From Opitutia bacterium (GTDB taxonomy: Bacteria; Verrucomicrobiota; Verrucomicrobiia; Opitutales; T3Sed10-336), in the NCBI GenBank assembly GCA_050506795.1, contig JBJHCF010000026.1, forward strand, positions 8,349 to 72,348: 64,000 nt of DNA, in the 5' to 3' direction. The position numbers and the translations under genes are program-made. Of the stretch, positions 14,881-24,849 are shown piece by piece (within the stretch, counting starts at the first letter, position 1; each line of letters starts with the position of its first letter). The notes under the pieces are model-generated. The model searched no databases and was not told where the DNA came from. It was given only the letters and a program-made list of their open reading frames with translations.

Positions 14881-17800
14881 ATGGTCAGTTTTCCCTCCCC
14901 TTGGACAGGTTCTGCGGCTTCGGATTGGTATTGGCGTGTGTTTTCGGTTGGTCTTTCCGCTTTCCTCCTTTTGGCGGGCGTGGTTCGCGGGCAGGACATT
15001 CGCATCAACGAGGTCATGGCCTCGAACGGCGACACGATCGCCGACGAAGATGGCGATTACGAGGATTGGATTGAGTTGCACAATGCCGGCCAACTGCCAG
15101 TGGATCTCGAAGGTTGGGGCCTGTCCGACGATTACGACGATCCGTTTCGCTGGAGCTTTCCCGCCGTCGTTCTCGGTCCCGGAGAGTTCCTTCTCGTCTG
15201 GGCATCGGGGAAGGACCGCAGGAATCCCGGCGCGCCTCTCCACACGAACTACAGTATCAGTGCCTCCGGGGAAGAGGTGATTCTGACACATCCCGACGGG
15301 GTGCGGGTGGACGAGTTGCCTCCGACGCCGATTCCCGGGGACATATCCATAGGGCGCCTGTCCGGCGAGGGAACGGCATGGTTTTTCTTCGACGAACCCA
15401 CCCCGGGGGCGGCCAACACGACGCCCGGCTACACCGAGATTCTCGACCCGCCGGAATTCTCGCACGAAGGAGGGTTTTATTCGTCCTCGTTCCAGCTTTC
15501 GTTGGACGCTCCTGAGGGCACGACGATTCTCTACACGCTCGACGGGACGGAGCCGGATTTGGAAAGCGTCGGCGGAACCACGTACCAGTACAAGAATTCC
15601 TATCCCTCAGGACCGCTACTGGATCGGACTCTGGAAACCCACATTTACGAAATCCCGATTTCAATTCAAAACCGCAGCGGGTATTCCAATCCAATTTCCG
15701 GCATCAACACCCGCTTCACCAGCAGCCCTCACAGTCCGCCGGGCTCGGTTTTTTCCGGAACTCCGGTGAGGGCGCGGGCGGTACGGGACGGAGCGCTTCC
15801 GAGCCGCGTGGCGACCCACACCTATTTCGTCGATTCGAACGCCGCGACGCGGTACGATGATATCATGGTCCTGTCGATCGTGACCGACGAGCGCAACCTC
15901 TTCGATTATTACACTGGAATCTTCGTGGAGGGCGTCTGGGGGGACGCGTGGCCGGGAAGTTCCGGTGACGGCTGGAAGACGGCCAATTATCAGGGCCGAG
16001 GCATCGATTGGGAACGGTCCGGTCATCTGGAGGTTTTCGAACCGCAGGAGGGACGGGCGCTCGCCCAGGGGATCGGAATTCGCACGCACGGTGGTTGGTC
16101 GCGCATGTTTTCTCCCCGGAAATCCATACGTCTCTACGCCCGGGGGATATACGACGAAGCCAACACATTCGAGCATCAATTCTTTCCGGGTTTGACCCGG
16201 CGGGGCGAGGGGGGCGGGCCGTTGGAGAGCTTTCGCAGATTGATGGTACGGAACAGCGGAAACGATTGGAACGGAACGTTGATTCAGGATGCCGTGCAGC
16301 ACCATCTCGTCCGGGATCTGCCTTTGGACAATATGGGTTATACGCGGTCGGTCGTGCATTTTATCAACGGAGAATTCTGGGGCATTATGCAACTTCGGGA
16401 GCGAATGGATCAGCATTATATCGCCAGTCATTACGGAATGGACCCGGAAGAGATCGTCATGATCGACGTTCGGCCGGTGGTGGATCCGGGGTACTTGACG
16501 ATGACCGACGGACCCTTTTACGCCGGCTTGCCCATGCCGAATATCATGATCAAGCGGGGAACCTTGGATGATCGTGACACCTACCTTGCCTTGCACAACT
16601 TTGCAGTGCAGGCGGATCTGTCGGATCCGGCGAACTTTGCCGTCATAGAGGCCCAAGTGGACCTCGAAAATCTTGCGACCTATTTTGCCATCAATGTTTA
16701 TGCGGGAAATCACGATTGGCCCCAGAACAATGTGGATTCTTGGCGAAAGCGCACCGATCAATTCGAACCCGACGCTCCCTACGGTCACGATGGGCGTTGG
16801 CGATGGATGCTCTTCGACCTCGACTTCGGATTCGAGGGCTCGGTCAGCCGGAATTCTCTGGCAAGGGTGGTTAACAATTCCAATGTTTCCCCCTTTGGAA
16901 TCCCGCCGTCATGGTCGACAGCTCTTTTTCAGAACATGCTCGCCAACGAGGGCTTTCGAAATCTTTTCATAAATCGGCTGGGCGATATGGCGACAATTTT
17001 CCATCCGGAAAGGGTGGATCGCGCCGTGGACGAATTCAACGCCCGCATCAGTGGTTACCGCAGCGAGCATTGGGCCCGCTGGGGCAGCGGAACCAATCAG
17101 GGGCAATTCATCAAGGATTTCGGGTGGGAGCGAGGCTCTCATGTTCGCAATCATGTGCTGAGCGTTTTCGGTTTGCCGGGGACGGCGAATTTGACCGTCG
17201 GCAACGCGCTCCCCGCGGGGGGGAGAATCCGGGTCAACAGCCTGGAGATCGGACCTGACACCCCGCGCGTCGAACCGCTTCCCGTCGCCACGGTTTTCGC
17301 GGTCGAGAGGGAAAGCGATTGGCGTTTTCTGGACGATGGTTCCGATCCCGGCCTCTCGTGGAGCGAATCCCAATTCGACGATATTGCCTGGTCCGTCGGG
17401 TCCGCGCCTTTCGGCTATGGAGACTCGGTGGATTTTGCGACGGAAATCGGTGCCGGCTTTGGCCCGGACGACAAACCGATCACCACTTATTTTCGGCGGG
17501 AGTTCGATTGGGATTCCAGCGAAGCGCCGGATTCCCTGGATTTGTTCACGACTTTCGACGGTGGAGCCGTGTTCTACCTAAACGGAAATGAAATCAACCG
17601 TCAACGCATGCCCGAAGGACCGATCGACTCGAGTACGCCGGCCGAAGGGCGCCTGGCGGCAGCGGCTCTTGAAGGCTTGACCGCCTGGTATGACGCCGGC
17701 GCGGAGATGGAGACGAGATCGAGGAGAGGCGAACGTTTTGTGACGTTATGGAGCGACCTTTCGGGCAATGGCCGTCATGCCGCCCAGGATACGCAAATCG

Positions 17801-20800
17801 CGCAGCCGTCATTCATCGAGGACGGATTTGAAGGCAAACCGGTGGTTCGTTTCGACGGTGAACATCATTTTCTGCAGGCGTCGATTCCAGACATGCGCGC
17901 CGGCATGACCCTTTTCGCGGTGGCTCGAGTGTATGCCGAGGGGGACTCCTTCGGGAGCTACTTCGGACTGAGCGGGGCAGGGTCGGGCAATGTGCGATAT
18001 CACGTCGGCAGCGGCGGCGGGAGCGGGCTGGGCATCGCGCAGCCGGGTCAGAACCTTGGGCAGAGCACCCAGGCTTCCGCGCGCTTCGAAGTGATCCGTA
18101 TCGAAGCGCACGACGATTACACCCATACCGTCACGCGGCTCTCTTCCGGACAATCCGTTTCGGCCCAGCTCACGCAAACCGGCGGATTTGTCGATACGTT
18201 GCTCCTCGGCGCGGCGGGAAGCGCTGATAATACGCCGACCGGGCGTCTTCCAATGGAACTGGCGGAACTGCTCCTTTTTGATCGGGAACTCAGTGGAGAG
18301 GCCTCTTTTCAGGTCGTTGAATATCTGTCGGCGAAATACGGGATTGCAGTGGCCCCGATTTTTTCCGTCGGGTTCGAAGATATGAGTCTCTGGCTGACCG
18401 CGGACGGACCGATGAGTACCCGCTCGCCGTTTTTCTCCAGCAACATATTCGTCACCTCCTGGCACGATCGTTCGGGAAACGGCCGCAATGCCGTCCAATC
18501 GCAAAACAGCCGGCAACCGCTCCTTGTTCAGAACGCGATCAACGGCCGGCCGGCGCTTCGGTTTGACGGGAACGATGATTTTCTGCAGGCCCCGATCGAG
18601 GATCATCGCGACGCGATGACGTTCTATATGGTTGCGCGTTTGCACAACAGTACGGGTGCTCTCGGAAGTTACGCGGGTCTTAACGGCGCGGGAACCGGAA
18701 ATGTGCACTACCATACGGGGACTCTCGATGGTCGCGGGCAGGGGCTCGGAATTGGAATCGGTCAGCCGGAGGTCAATCTGGCTCAGGATATCAGGGTATC
18801 GACGGAATATGATCTCTTTCGTATCGAGGCCGGGGCCGGGGCGCTGCACCGGATCACCCGCGTGAACGGTGGAGCGACCGTGGCTGCCGCTCTGCTTGAT
18901 ACGAGCGGGGTGATCGACAGTCTAACGATCGCCGCTTCCCGCGGCAGCGATGGGTCCATCGGCGCGTACGGGGCCCTGGAAGTGGCTGAGGTCCTGATTT
19001 TCGAACGGCAACTGGAAGGAAGGGAACGCCATGAAGTCGAAAGGTATTTGAGTCTTAAATACGGATTCGAACCTCCGGTTTGGTACCGGTATTCGATCGA
19101 TCCGGAACAACTCATTCCGGGCACGAATGTGCTGGCGGCTGAGATCCATCAAGAGTCGTCATCTTGGGATGATTTCCGTTTTGATGCGGAATTGAGGGCA
19201 ACTCTCAGTGAGAGCTCGGTTCGTTGGAGCGGAATCTACTTCCTTGGTGTGCCGGTTGAACTCGAAGCCATTGCGGATCCGGGATACCGCTTTGTCGGTT
19301 GGACCGGGATTGATTCTACTGAGCCTGTGCTCTCGCTGGATCTGACCTCTTCAGGCGTGACGATCACGCCGCAATTCGAGTTCGATGAAGGGTCCCTCGA
19401 GGACGCCGTGCCGCCGCCGCATCCGCTCGTGTCCGGCGCCTATCATTTTACCGGGTGGGATCCGGATTCGCCCGCGGGCACTTACCCGGAGAAGATGATC
19501 TTCGAGCAGACCCTCCAGGGGGATCCCGCGCTAGGGGTCGAAATGGACGGGTTTTGGGTGTTGCCTTACGATCTGGAAAGCCGGAGCCGGATCAATGGCC
19601 TTGGTGAAAACGGATTTGCCTTCATCAACACTGCAAACGCGCAGGATCACCCGGACGCCGGTTATCTCGGAAGCGCGATTCTGGCCCTGGATACGCGCGG
19701 GGTGGACAATATCCAGGTCACTTGGACCGCTGGCACCGTTCTTCCGAACGAACGAGTTTACGGTCTTCGCGCGCAATACCGCGTCGGTGACGACGGGCCG
19801 TTCATCGACCTGCAGGACGACGAGGGCGCGCCCGTCGAATACATTCGTAACGCGTCCGCCGGACACAGCGAGATCATCGGTCCGCTCCAGCTGCCCTCCC
19901 AACTGGAAGACCTTCCCTACGTGCAAATCCGGTGGAAATATCACCACATTTCAGGGGACTCCGGACCGCGCGCCCAGTTGAGGATCGGAGACATCCTTGT
20001 GACCAGCGGAACGGCAGGGGAGGCGGTGTCGCTCGAGTTCACTCAGGCCTTCAGCGTGTCCCGACAAAGCGGCGGGCCGTTTCCCACTGTTCTGGTGCGG
20101 GCGCTGGACGAAAACGGGCTTCTGTCCGGGAGTTTTTCCGGAGAGATCACCCTGTCGGCGGAGGGCGCTGCCGAAATTGAGGGACAAACGACGGTTGCGG
20201 CTGCGAACGGTGTCGCCGAGTTCGACGGCCTGACTCTCAACGGCGCCGGCCTGGTTTCTCTGGAGGCGACCGCGCAGGGATTGGCGCCGGCGACCTCGGA
20301 AACCTTTCGGCTGGTAGGTTTGACGGAAGTTGTCATGCCACTTTGGATACAGGGAGAGCAGGATGCCGCCGGCGACAATTTGAATCGGGTGCCGTTCGTC
20401 TTCCGTTTGGCGCTGGAGGGGCTGCGTGAAAATGCGGTTTATCGGTTCGGGAACCGGATCGTCGATGCGGAGGATCCGCCCGAGCAAAACGGCGCCGGAA
20501 ACACCGTCTGGGTGACCGGTCCCGACAGCGATTGGATTCGCAACACCGATTCCCCGCGCTTCAGGGATTCGGACGCGGGCGGACGCCATCACACGTTCAC
20601 TTCGGATGCCAGCGGAAGGTATGAAGGCTGGTTTGTGACCGAACCGAGTGGAAACGCGCGGTTTACTCCCGGAAACACCGTTTGGGTCCGGCTGTTGTTA
20701 AACGACGGGGATGACGGCGAAGAGACGTTTCACACGCTCACCGCTGAGTCGCCGGTCACTGTGATCGGCTGGGGCGACGACTCCGGTGAAGCCACGGCCG

Positions 20801-21543
20801 TCACTGGCAGCGCCGCGTCCGCTCCCCGGAGTTTCGTGCTTTTGTTCGATGAAGAAACGGGCGAGGGACGACCGCTTTCGGCAACTCCTGTCGAGAATAC
20901 CGGAGCGGAAGTGGATTCCCGCTACGCGCCATTTTATCATGAATCGGTTGCACCGACGGACGGCCGCTGGGGAACGCTGATTCCGAATGGCATGAGCACG
21001 GGGGTCCGGCGAATCGAGGAACGCTCGGTGACCGATGGAAGCTTGCTCGCGGTGCGCCGTTTCCCGGAGGGAATTCACTCCACCGTGCAGGCAGGCTCGG
21101 GTTTACAGCCTTTGTTGTTCGAGAACCTTGGAGGTGATACCTATGCCGGCTGGCTGGAAGTGAGGTTTCCGGATCCCGACGATCGGGCCGATCCCGCTTT
21201 AAGTTCCCCGGAAGCCGACCCGGAGAACCTCGGGATACCCAATCTTCTGCGCTACGCCCTGGGTATTCCCGCTGAAGCGCAATCTCATGAATTTCTGCCG
21301 CGCGTGGAGGTTTTCGAAGGACGGCTCTCCCTGGTTTTCCGCCGTTTTCGGGAAAAAGACGACATCGCTTACCTGGTGCAGGCTTCCGGGGACCTGGCCG
21401 AATGGGGAGAGATTCTGTTCGATTCCCGCCAGCACGAAGGCGAGCTCATCAACGGCAACGAGATCCGGGTTCGTGACTCCATGGACCTTGGCGAGCCGGA
21501 ACGTCGAAGGTTCCTCCGCTTGAAGATCCTGCAATTGCCGTAG
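14881..21543 (+). CDS. Large secreted CotH-kinase family protein (lamin-tail, FN3-associated, CotH, jelly-roll, 2x LamG-like, B-repeat, Ig-like and Verrucomicrobia-type C-terminal domain)
   Basis: Signal peptide then IRINEVMASN...DWIELHN; PPEFSHEGGFY...YTLDGTEP; GIRTHGGWSR, FINGEFWG..LRE, NHDWPQNN, WRWMLFDLDFG; C-terminal ADP...PNLLRYALG...FLRLKI. Confidence 0.88.
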   Translation: MVSFPSPWTGSAASDWYWRVFSVGLSAFLLLAGVVRGQDIRINEVMASNGDTIADEDGDYEDWIELHNAGQLPVDLEGWGLSDDYDDPFRWSFPAVVLGPGEFLLVWASGKDRRNPGAPLHTNYSISASGEEVILTHPDGVRVDELPPTPIPGDISIGRLSGEGTAWFFFDEPTPGAANTTPGYTEILDPPEFSHEGGFYSSSFQLSLDAPEGTTILYTLDGTEPDLESVGGTTYQYKNSYPSGPLLDRTLETHIYEIPISIQNRSGYSNPISGINTRFTSSPHSPPGSVFSGTPVRARAVRDGALPSRVATHTYFVDSNAATRYDDIMVLSIVTDERNLFDYYTGIFVEGVWGDAWPGSSGDGWKTANYQGRGIDWERSGHLEVFEPQEGRALAQGIGIRTHGGWSRMFSPRKSIRLYARGIYDEANTFEHQFFPGLTRRGEGGGPLESFRRLMVRNSGNDWNGTLIQDAVQHHLVRDLPLDNMGYTRSVVHFINGEFWGIMQLRERMDQHYIASHYGMDPEEIVMIDVRPVVDPGYLTMTDGPFYAGLPMPNIMIKRGTLDDRDTYLALHNFAVQADLSDPANFAVIEAQVDLENLATYFAINVYAGNHDWPQNNVDSWRKRTDQFEPDAPYGHDGRWRWMLFDLDFGFEGSVSRNSLARVVNNSNVSPFGIPPSWSTALFQNMLANEGFRNLFINRLGDMATIFHPERVDRAVDEFNARISGYRSEHWARWGSGTNQGQFIKDFGWERGSHVRNHVLSVFGLPGTANLTVGNALPAGGRIRVNSLEIGPDTPRVEPLPVATVFAVERESDWRFLDDGSDPGLSWSESQFDDIAWSVGSAPFGYGDSVDFATEIGAGFGPDDKPITTYFRREFDWDSSEAPDSLDLFTTFDGGAVFYLNGNEINRQRMPEGPIDSSTPAEGRLAAAALEGLTAWYDAGAEMETRSRRGERFVTLWSDLSGNGRHAAQDTQIAQPSFIEDGFEGKPVVRFDGEHHFLQASIPDMRAGMTLFAVARVYAEGDSFGSYFGLSGAGSGNVRYHVGSGGGSGLGIAQPGQNLGQSTQASARFEVIRIEAHDDYTHTVTRLSSGQSVSAQLTQTGGFVDTLLLGAAGSADNTPTGRLPMELAELLLFDRELSGEASFQVVEYLSAKYGIAVAPIFSVGFEDMSLWLTADGPMSTRSPFFSSNIFVTSWHDRSGNGRNAVQSQNSRQPLLVQNAINGRPALRFDGNDDFLQAPIEDHRDAMTFYMVARLHNSTGALGSYAGLNGAGTGNVHYHTGTLDGRGQGLGIGIGQPEVNLAQDIRVSTEYDLFRIEAGAGALHRITRVNGGATVAAALLDTSGVIDSLTIAASRGSDGSIGAYGALEVAEVLIFERQLEGRERHEVERYLSLKYGFEPPVWYRYSIDPEQLIPGTNVLAAEIHQESSSWDDFRFDAELRATLSESSVRWSGIYFLGVPVELEAIADPGYRFVGWTGIDSTEPVLSLDLTSSGVTITPQFEFDEGSLEDAVPPPHPLVSGAYHFTGWDPDSPAGTYPEKMIFEQTLQGDPALGVEMDGFWVLPYDLESRSRINGLGENGFAFINTANAQDHPDAGYLGSAILALDTRGVDNIQVTWTAGTVLPNERVYGLRAQYRVGDDGPFIDLQDDEGAPVEYIRNASAGHSEIIGPLQLPSQLEDLPYVQIRWKYHHISGDSGPRAQLRIGDILVTSGTAGEAVSLEFTQAFSVSRQSGGPFPTVLVRALDENGLLSGSFSGEITLSAEGAAEIEGQTTVAAANGVAEFDGLTLNGAGLVSLEATAQGLAPATSETFRLVGLTEVVMPLWIQGEQDAAGDNLNRVPFVFRLALEGLRENAVYRFGNRIVDAEDPPEQNGAGNTVWVTGPDSDWIRNTDSPRFRDSDAGGRHHTFTSDASGRYEGWFVTEPSGNARFTPGNTVWVRLLLNDGDDGEETFHTLTAESPVTVIGWGDDSGEATAVTGSAASAPRSFVLLFDEETGEGRPLSATPVENTGAEVDSRYAPFYHESVAPTDGRWGTLIPNGMSTGVRRIEERSVTDGSLLAVRRFPEGIHSTVQAGSGLQPLLFENLGGDTYAGWLEVRFPDPDDRADPALSSPEADPENLGIPNLLRYALGIPAEAQSHEFLPRVEVFEGRLSLVFRRFREKDDIAYLVQASGDLAEWGEILFDSRQHEGELINGNEIRVRDSMDLGEPERRRFLRLKILQLP

Positions 21544-21630
21544 GTGGAATGTTGAACCTAAGCTCCTTCGATCAACTCCTTAACCAAGTGGCATTCGCCC
21601 CAGGTGGATTGTTCTTCAGCCGGGTAAGGG

Positions 21631-21705
<75 letters not shown>

Positions 21706-21926
21706 TGAAAAAAGGGAAGTTTGCCGACGCGCGGCAGTCTCGGCCAGAAAAAAATGCCGGAAAAGAAAATTCCGCCAAGGGTGCTGCGGAAATTTCCCGC
21801 CGTCCCGGCCTTCGGTGCGACCGTCGTCGCAGCCCGTGTGGAACTTCAACCTCGGGTAAAACTTTCCGGCTGCGGTTGTTTTGCTATTGGCTAGGGCGAC
21901 AGGGCTTTGGTTAACTGAGCCCGCAT

Positions 21927-23372
21927 ATGAAAATCGCGCACGCCACGGGAGAATTGTACCCATACGTCAAAACTGGAGGTTTGGCCGATGCGGCGGGTGC
22001 CATTGTGGAGTCCCTCGCCGATCACGGGCACGAGGTCTCGGTATTCCTTCCGGCGTACCGGGCGGTCATGGAAGCACCGGAACTTCCCGAACCGGAGAAG
22101 TTGCTCTCTTTTGGGGTGGAGATGGGCGACGCTTTTCTCCGGGGCGAGATCCTGGTGTGCCGGCCAAGAAAAAACCTCACCCTGTATTTGATCGGTCGCG
22201 ACGAATACTTCGATCGTCAGTTTCCCTACGGCCGTCCGGATCGGGATTACGAGGATAACGCCGAGCGGTTCATCTTTTTCGCCAAAGCGGTGGTGGAGGC
22301 CCACATCCGACTGGGGCTCAAGCCGGATGTGGTTCACTGTCATGATTGGCAGACCGCGCTGATTCCGATCCTGCTGCGGATCGAGGAGCGCCGCCGGGCT
22401 TTGGCCATCGCGGGAAAGACCGTTCTTACCATTCACAATCTGGCATTTCAGGGGGTTTTTCCCCGCAAGACCTTTGATCTCACCAATCTCCCGGAGGAAC
22501 TGCTCCATATCGACGGTCTGGAGTTTTACGGACAGATCAATCTGCTGAAAGGGGGGATCCTTTTCGCCGATCGCCTCACCACGGTCAGCCCCACCTATGC
22601 GCGGGAAATCCTGACACCGGAATTCGGATGCGGCCTGGAAGGGGTTCTGCGTTTGCGGGCCGACGACCTGGTCAGTGTGTTAAACGGGATCGATACTTCC
22701 GTCTGGAACCCGGAGAAAGACAAACATCTGCCGGCCCAATACAGTGCCGGGAATCTCGATGGAAAGCTGCTTTGCCGCAAGGCATTGCTCCGGGCGTCCG
22801 GTTTCGACGAATCGTTTGCGGGGCCCGTTTTCGGGATGATTTGCCGCTTTACCGAACAGAAGGGAATCCTCCTGGTGCCGCACACCGCCGAATTCTTCCA
22901 GGGCGATCGGGCACGTCTGGTGATACTGGGTTCGGGCGCGCCCGAGTACGAACAGGGGATTCGAATGTTGGCGGAGCGGCGACCGGATGCTGTTCATGCC
23001 TCGTTCCTGCTTGACGAGTCCCTCAGTCACCTGATCGAGGCAGGAAGCGATTTTTTTCTTATGCCGTCGATTTTCGAGCCGTGCGGCTTGAACCAAATGT
23101 ACAGTCAACATTACGGCACGGTACCGGTGGTCAGCCGGGTGGGAGGGTTGGCCGATACGGTGGTGGATATTGACGAATCTCCGGGCCGGGGAACAGGCAT
23201 CCATTTTCTGCCGAATAGTGTGGAATCATTGCTGGATGCCCTGGAACGGGCGGAAACGCTTTATCGTGATGCTCCGGAAATGCGCGCCATCATTCTACGG
23301 GGAATGAAGGCCGATTTCAGTTGGTCCGCTGCCGTCCGTCATTACGAAAATCTCTACCGGGACATCCTCTAG
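21927..23372 (+). CDS. glgA: Glycogen synthase
   Basis: PYVKTGGLAD, HCHDWQT, TIHNLAFQG, MPSIFEPCGLNQ. Confidence 0.96.
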   Translation: MKIAHATGELYPYVKTGGLADAAGAIVESLADHGHEVSVFLPAYRAVMEAPELPEPEKLLSFGVEMGDAFLRGEILVCRPRKNLTLYLIGRDEYFDRQFPYGRPDRDYEDNAERFIFFAKAVVEAHIRLGLKPDVVHCHDWQTALIPILLRIEERRRALAIAGKTVLTIHNLAFQGVFPRKTFDLTNLPEELLHIDGLEFYGQINLLKGGILFADRLTTVSPTYAREILTPEFGCGLEGVLRLRADDLVSVLNGIDTSVWNPEKDKHLPAQYSAGNLDGKLLCRKALLRASGFDESFAGPVFGMICRFTEQKGILLVPHTAEFFQGDRARLVILGSGAPEYEQGIRMLAERRPDAVHASFLLDESLSHLIEAGSDFFLMPSIFEPCGLNQMYSQHYGTVPVVSRVGGLADTVVDIDESPGRGTGIHFLPNSVESLLDALERAETLYRDAPEMRAIILRGMKADFSWSAAVRHYENLYRDIL

Positions 23373-23478
23373 CCTGGTTTATTCGCGAATACTTCCGAGC
23401 AGAGTTATCTTGAGTTTATGACGTCAGATACCTGATATAAGTTGACTCGCCCGGATTTTCAGGGCACAAATAGGGGGT

Positions 23479-24198
23479 ATGTTGACGCAGGCAGAAGATT
23501 TGACCGCGGTGAATCGGGATCTGGAGGAACGCAATGCGGAGGAACGCTTGCGTTGGGCTCTCGATCGCTACGGAGACGGTCTGGTCATGAGCACCAGTTT
23601 CGGCGTTCAGTCGGCGGTGATGTTGCACCTGGTCACCCGCGTCATTCCGGATATCCCGATCGTTTTCGTGGACACCGGATACCTGTTTCCGGAGACCTAT
23701 CGATTCGCGGAGGAATTGCGCAAGCGTCTGAATCTCAACATCAAAAAATACCATCCCGGCATGAGCGCGGCGGAGCAGGAAGCGCTCTACGGCAAGCTGT
23801 GGGAACAGGGGGTCGACGGCCTGACTCGCTATAATCTGATCAACAAGGTGGAGCCCATGAATCGCGCTCTGAGCGAACTGGGAGCCACCGCCTGGCTGGC
23901 CGGCCTGCGCCGTTCCCAGGCCACCACCCGCGAACATTTGCGAGTTGTGCAGGTGCAGAACAAACTCTTCAAAGTTCATCCCATCATCGACTGGGGTGAC
24001 CGCGAGGTTTACCAATACCTGAAAAAACACGGTTTGCCCTACCATCCGCTGTGGGAGAAGAATTACGTTTCGGTGGGGGACTGGCATTCCAGCGCTCCGC
24101 TGACCGCCGGACAGCGTCCGGAGGACACCCGCTTCAACGGGATCAAACGGGAATGCGGTCTGCACGAACTCTCCGGCCGGATCGATTTCCAGATTTGA
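23479..24198 (+). CDS. cysH: Phosphoadenylyl-sulfate (PAPS) reductase
   Basis: [40 protein letters not shown]; lacks the APS-reductase Fe-S cysteines. Confidence 0.95.
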   Translation: MLTQAEDLTAVNRDLEERNAEERLRWALDRYGDGLVMSTSFGVQSAVMLHLVTRVIPDIPIVFVDTGYLFPETYRFAEELRKRLNLNIKKYHPGMSAAEQEALYGKLWEQGVDGLTRYNLINKVEPMNRALSELGATAWLAGLRRSQATTREHLRVVQVQNKLFKVHPIIDWGDREVYQYLKKHGLPYHPLWEKNYVSVGDWHSSAPLTAGQRPEDTRFNGIKRECGLHELSGRIDFQI

Positions 24199-24240
24199 GA
24201 TCGGCTCTTTTCCCGCGGGCGGCTTCGCCAATAATCCAGT

Positions 24241-24849
24241 TTAGATCGGCAGGCACACCTGGATTCCAGGGCCGTGAACGCCTTCTATCAGGATCCCTTC
24301 GACGTCCGCGGTTTTGGAGGGACCGGTCACCCAGACGGTGTTCGGATCTTCGCCCAGGTTTTCGATTGCGTCCGTGACGGTGGCAGAAAGGGCGTTCTTC
24401 TCGACCAGCGCAATGTGAATCCACGGCGCCAGGGCGCCCAGGCGGTCGGGGGTGTCGAGATCGCGCAGGATGATCGTGCCAGATTCCGCGATGGCGCCGT
24501 GCGCCCGGGTGATGCCGAAGGCGTAGCGGTCAATCGCGGCACGATCAATGGTTTCGTGCAGGGTCAGGGCGTTCCGAAAGGTCTCGGGCAAATGTTCACG
24601 GAGACGGGGATCGACGTAGCCTTCGGTGGCTTTGGCATCACGCAGCAGGTCAGATAGCGCGTCGAAGGAGGTAAGGAAGGTGCCGTTGACCGCTTCGAAA
24701 TTCTTCCGGAAGTCTTCCCATGAGCCGCTTTCGGTGAGGCGGGCAGGGGAAACCCATGTTGCCGGATCCAGTTCCGGGCGGGCGGCGCGCTCCTGCAATG
24801 GAGTTAACGCCTCTTTGATGGCGGCAAAGATTCGTGCGCGGTCGTTCAT
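24241..24849 (-). CDS. lutC: Lactate utilization protein C (LUD domain)
   Basis: MNDRARIFAAIK, GAIAESGT, TGPSKTADVEGILIEGVHGP; ATGA overlap with lutB stop. Confidence 0.9.
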   Translation of the reverse strand: MNDRARIFAAIKEALTPLQERAARPELDPATWVSPARLTESGSWEDFRKNFEAVNGTFLTSFDALSDLLRDAKATEGYVDPRLREHLPETFRNALTLHETIDRAAIDRYAFGITRAHGAIAESGTIILRDLDTPDRLGALAPWIHIALVEKNALSATVTDAIENLGEDPNTVWVTGPSKTADVEGILIEGVHGPGIQVCLPI

